A stretch of DNA of 40,107 nucleotides, taken from positions 1 to 40,107 of the forward strand of contig JAGYLS010000010.1 of the NCBI GenBank assembly GCA_018400815.1. Direction: 5' to 3'. Positions 36,729 through 40,107 of this stretch are shown in pieces. Position numbers and translations under genes: made by a program. Below the pieces are notes generated by a model that was given only the letters and a program-made list of their open reading frames with translations, did not search any database and had not been told where the DNA came from. How positions within the stretch are numbered: the stretch's first letter is position 1; each line of letters begins with the position of its first letter. The stretch comes from Candidatus Oleincola secundus (GTDB taxonomy: Bacteria > Atribacterota > Phoenicimicrobiia > Phoenicimicrobiales > Stramentimicrobiaceae).

Positions 36729-38117
36729 TTATTTCGTTTCTCTTTTATTTTTCTTTTCCGTCCAATCTATTATGTTTTTTTGTCGTGATCTGGCAATTCC
36801 CAAACTTCCGGCAGGTACATTTTCAGTAATAGTCGAACCGGCAGCAGTATAGGAATTTCGGTCAATGGTTACCGGCGCAACCAATGCATTATTGCTTCCG
36901 ATAAACACTCCATCCTTTATTGTTGTAGGATTCTTTTTTTTGCCATCAAAATTACAGGTAATGGTGCCTGCTCCAATATTAACCTTTTTACCTAATGTTG
37001 CATCTCCCAGATAAGTCAAATGACCGACTTTACTCCCTTTATCAATAAACGTTTTTTTCACCTCAACATAATTTCCGATCCTTACGTCATCTCCGATGAT
37101 ACTTTCCGGCCTGATATGGGCATAAGGTCCGATCATTGTATTATTGCCGATTTTACTTTTCTCCACATTAGAAGAACAAATCCTTGTTTCCCGACCAATG
37201 CTGGAATTAATAATATGAGAATAAGGACCAATGTGACAACATTCTCCTATCTCGGTTCCAGCTGTAATAATGCTATAAGGATAAATAACCGTATCCTGGC
37301 CAATTTTTACATGGTTATCAATATAAGTATTATTCTTATCAATAATAGTCACACCATTTGACATATGCTCATAAGCATTTCTCTGATAAAGAATACAAGA
37401 TACACGCGACAAGTCCATTCTGGTGTTTATTCCCATTATTTCTTCTCTATCCTGAACAGTAACAGTTGTCGCAACATATCCCTTATCCAGTAATATTTTA
37501 ATCACATCAGTCAGATAATATTCTTTCTGGTAATTATTTTTATTAACCATTTTCAACGCTGCAAATAATTCTTTGGAATTAAAACAATAAATACCCGCAT
37601 TAATCTCTTTTATTAGACCTTGTTCTTTTGTTAAATCACGTTGTTCTACAATTCCGGATATTTTCCCTTCTTGATTTCTTATAATACGGCCATATCCCTC
37701 CGGCTGCTCTAAATTTGCAGTCAACAGTGTACAGCTTGCCCTGTGTTCTTTGTGGCAATTAATCAATTTCTGAATTGTTGAAGCCTTTAATAATGGAACA
37801 TCGGTGTACAAAACTAGAATTATACCCGAAAAATCAACTAAATACTTCTCTGCCTGCTGCACAGCATGAGCAGTACCCAATTGCTTCTCCTGGTAAGCAT
37901 AAATTATTTCATTTTCAATATCACTAATTTCTTTTTTAATTTTTTCAGCATGCTGTCCGATAACTACAATTCTCTTTCCTATTCCCAGGGACTTAGTAAG
38001 TTCAAGTGAATAAGAAAGCATAGGGCTACCAGCTACAGGGTGTAAAGCTTTGGGAAAGGAAGATTTCATTCTTTTGCCCTGGCCTGCTGCCAGTATAATT
38101 GATGCAATAGATTCCAT
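36729..38117 (-). CDS. glmU: Bifunctional UDP-GlcNAc pyrophosphorylase / glucosamine-1-phosphate acetyltransferase
   Basis: 'LAAGQGKRMKS', 'QLGTAHA', hexapeptide repeats, 'HLTYLGDA', 'GAGTITCN'. Confidence 0.98.
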   Translation of the reverse strand: MESIASIILAAGQGKRMKSSFPKALHPVAGSPMLSYSLELTKSLGIGKRIVVIGQHAEKIKKEISDIENEIIYAYQEKQLGTAHAVQQAEKYLVDFSGIILVLYTDVPLLKASTIQKLINCHKEHRASCTLLTANLEQPEGYGRIIRNQEGKISGIVEQRDLTKEQGLIKEINAGIYCFNSKELFAALKMVNKNNYQKEYYLTDVIKILLDKGYVATTVTVQDREEIMGINTRMDLSRVSCILYQRNAYEHMSNGVTIIDKNNTYIDNHVKIGQDTVIYPYSIITAGTEIGECCHIGPYSHIINSSIGRETRICSSNVEKSKIGNNTMIGPYAHIRPESIIGDDVRIGNYVEVKKTFIDKGSKVGHLTYLGDATLGKKVNIGAGTITCNFDGKKKNPTTIKDGVFIGSNNALVAPVTIDRNSYTAAGSTITENVPAGSLGIARSRQKNIIDWTEKKNKRETK

Positions 38118-38232
38118 AGCATTATCCTATCAAACACATTTTCTAGAAAATCCAAGAAAGTAAAATAGGCTGAGGTAAAAATGATTTTATTTTAATGTAT
38201 TTTTTTTAAAAAAATAAAAAGTTCTTTAACTT

Positions 38233-38307
38233 TGGCTGGGGTGGGAGGACTCGAACCTCCGAATGAGGGATCCAAATTCCCTTGCCTTGCCACTTGGCCA
38301 CACCCCA
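38233..38307 (-). tRNA. tRNA-Gln (anticodon UUG), CCA encoded
   Basis: TGGGGTG acceptor stem with U1-A72, D arm GCCAAGTGGCAAGGC, anticodon arm AGGGA-ATTTGGA-TCCCT, T arm GGAGG-TTCGAGT-CCTCC, 3' GCCA. Confidence 0.95.
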
Positions 38308-38357
38308 TCCATATGTATGCAAATTCTTTTTAGTAACTATATGACTATAAATCAACA

Positions 38358-38406
38358 GAGTCAGGAGAGAAAACTTGAGATCTGATTAATATTAATCTCC
38401 TGACTC
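38358..38406. other. Stem-loop between spoVG and tRNA-Gln
   Basis: GAGTCAGGAGA / TCTCCTGACTC 11-bp inverted repeat with a long loop. Confidence 0.45.
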
Positions 38407-38473
38407 ATTTTATTTAAGTTAAACTATCTATATTATTATAAACAAACCGTTTAAAATTTCAAGTAATAATTTT

Positions 38474-38830
38474 TTACTCTTTTTCTTCTGAATCATCCAA
38501 GTCAACAGAGACATCATCAGTATCCTGTTCTATTTTTTGTTCTGTAGAGGAGGATTCACCAGCAGACTGTTCTTCCCCTTCTGTTGCCTGGAATTCTTTT
38601 AATACTGCACTTTGGATCATCTCTCTGACTTCAGTGTTAATGGGATGAGCTATGTCTTTATGATTTCCATTAGGAAGCAACTTACTGGGCATGGCTACAA
38701 ACATCCCTTTTCTCCCATCAATTATTCTCAAATCATGGACAACAAAAGAATCATCGAAAGTAATAGATACATAAGCTCTCAATTTTCCGTCAGTTTGTAT
38801 TCTTCTAATTCTTACATCTGTAACTTGCAC
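38474..38830 (-). CDS. spoVG: SpoVG nucleic-acid-binding protein with acidic C-terminal tail
   Basis: '[10 protein letters not shown]...[18 protein letters not shown]...FVAMPS...[12 protein letters not shown]'; GTG start. Confidence 0.96.
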   Translation of the reverse strand: MQVTDVRIRRIQTDGKLRAYVSITFDDSFVVHDLRIIDGRKGMFVAMPSKLLPNGNHKDIAHPINTEVREMIQSAVLKEFQATEGEEQSAGESSSTEQKIEQDTDDVSVDLDDSEEKE

Positions 38831-39007
38831 TTGCTTACACCGCCTTTTTGTTTTTTAGTTTTCACTATTCATTTGTAAACATTTTTTTAATAACACTTAA
38901 AACACTTTTCTCCCTGACCTTTTTACAAATTTCTTTCCCCTTTCGAAAGACACAATTCAAGTATTACATGCTTTTTTGTACCTCCTGTTATATCACAAAT
39001 TAGTATT

Positions 39008-39043
39008 AAATAAAAATAAACACAGCAAAATATACCTGCTGTG
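39008..39043 (-). terminator. Terminator-like hairpin within the spoVG upstream region
   Basis: CACAGCA-N9-TGCTGTG followed by TTTATTTTTATTT on the minus strand. Confidence 0.5.
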
Positions 39044-39129
39044 CTGAGAAGTACCTCTATTGTTTAATTTATATTTTTCTCTGAGCATTCAATTTTTTTT
39101 GTGCCTTCATAAACCTATCTACTATTTAT

Positions 39130-39188
39130 TTTGTATACCATTTTGTAAGGTTTGTCAAATTTTATCATGTAAAATGCTTATTTGTCAA
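39130..39188 (-). promoter_or_regulatory. Tandem sigmaA-type promoters upstream of spoVG
   Basis: TTGACA-N18-TAAAAT with TGn extension (39188-39159) and TTGACA-N17-TACAAA (39158-39130). Confidence 0.55.
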
Positions 39189-39198
39189 AAGTTTTAAA

Positions 39199-39419
39199 AT
39201 AGTATCGAGTATGTAGTATCGGGTATCGAGTCCTAAATACAGTAATGAGTAACAAGTAATGAGTAATCAGCAAAAAAATATCCGAGCTATCAGTTAAAAC
39301 AGCATAAAACAAAAAACAAAAAACTATTTTTAACAAAATACCATCGACTAACGACCATTATCTCTCATATATCCCCACAGTATTTTACTACATACTACAT
39401 ACTCGGTACTCGATACTAT
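39199..39419. repeat. Element bounded by inverted AGTATCG heptamer runs
   Basis: Perfect 13-bp inverted ends ATAGTATCGAGTA / TACTCGATACTAT; inner heptamer runs (AGTAATG, AAAAACA, TACTACA). Confidence 0.8.
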
Positions 39420-40107
39420 CTTAATATTTTCTTGATTTCACTGGTGAGCAGTGCAAATTCTTTTAAACCAAAGGTTTCTCCTCTCTGGTTTATATTGAAT
39501 CCGATTTTTTGCAAGGATTTTTCCAGCTTATCTTTATCAATTCTTTCTCTAAAATATAACTTCAAGGCATTATTTATGTTCTTTCTTCTTTGTTGAAAAA
39601 CTGCCCTAACTAATTCAAAAAAGAGAAATTCATCTTCTACTAAAACAAGTGGCTTATCCAAGAAGTTAATCCTGATTATCATTGAATTTACTTCTGGCTT
39701 TGGGAAAAATACATCCGGTTTTACCAGGTGTATTTTTTCAATTCTGGAATAATACTGTGCCATAACGGAAAGTAGACCATAATTTTTATTACCCGGTTTT
39801 GCCATCATACGTTCGGCCACTTCTTTTTGAACCATTACTACTGCCATTTTTAAAAGATAATGCATCTCCATTAATTTTCTTAACAAAGGAAGTGAAATGA
39901 AATAAGGCAAGTTTCCTGTTATTTTTTCTATCTGGCAACCCTCCTGCTTTTTTTCCTTTAAAAAACCGGATAAATCAAAATCCATTATGTCTTTATAAAG
40001 AATAGTAACATGCCCTTGATCAGCTTGAAATAAATCTTCCAGCATGGGTTTGAGACGAAAATCTTTCTCGATTGAAAAAACATGTTGAGTCGAGAATAGC
40101 AATGCCT
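39416..40107 (-). CDS. rsmA: 16S rRNA adenine dimethyltransferase; 5' end outside window
   Basis: 'GNLPYFIS', 'MVQKEVAERM', 'YGLLSV', 'FFPKPEVNS', 'FQQRRKNI'. Confidence 0.95.
   Translation of the reverse strand, partial: ALLFSTQHVFSIEKDFRLKPMLEDLFQADQGHVTILYKDIMDFDLSGFLKEKKQEGCQIEKITGNLPYFISLPLLRKLMEMHYLLKMAVVMVQKEVAERMMAKPGNKNYGLLSVMAQYYSRIEKIHLVKPDVFFPKPEVNSMIIRINFLDKPLVLVEDEFLFFELVRAVFQQRRKNINNALKLYFRERIDKDKLEKSLQKIGFNINQRGETFGLKEFALLTSEIKKILR

Noticed and set aside
1430..38878. Numerous short antisense or overlapping ORFs in the ORF track (e.g. 6174-6611, 13364-13693, 24328-25419, 37020-37361, 38612-38878)
   Set aside because: Shadow frames of well-supported genes with no family motifs or SDs.

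Overview
AT-rich bacterial chromosomal segment. Gene content and protein style suggest a diderm Terrabacteria-type lineage such as Atribacterota/JS1 (inference only). Positions ~29-40 kb hold a Firmicutes-like housekeeping block on the minus strand: rsmA(partial)-spoVG-tRNA-Gln-glmU-prs-rplY-pth-pfkA-mfd-abrB-like-mazG. Positions ~4-28.6 kb hold an outer-membrane biogenesis cluster: TolC/MFP/RND, bamA, skp, lptB, DUF3084, SLH-porin (OmpM-like), an exported hypothetical, a clostripain lipoprotein, lptC, lptA, an unknown lipoprotein, and on the plus strand lptF/G and an N-terminally extended lptD. No lipid A (lpx/kds/waa/msbA) genes occur in the window. The left end has two TPR proteins and an ECF sigma factor, interrupted by two toxin-antitoxin modules whose toxins are reduced to stubs. 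Many intergenic regions are patchworks of several palindromic/REP/MITE-like and heptamer repeat families. The porin gene has a long structured leader with a Shine-Dalgarno-led 9-aa uORF. No CRISPR array, rRNA or intact transposase was seen.
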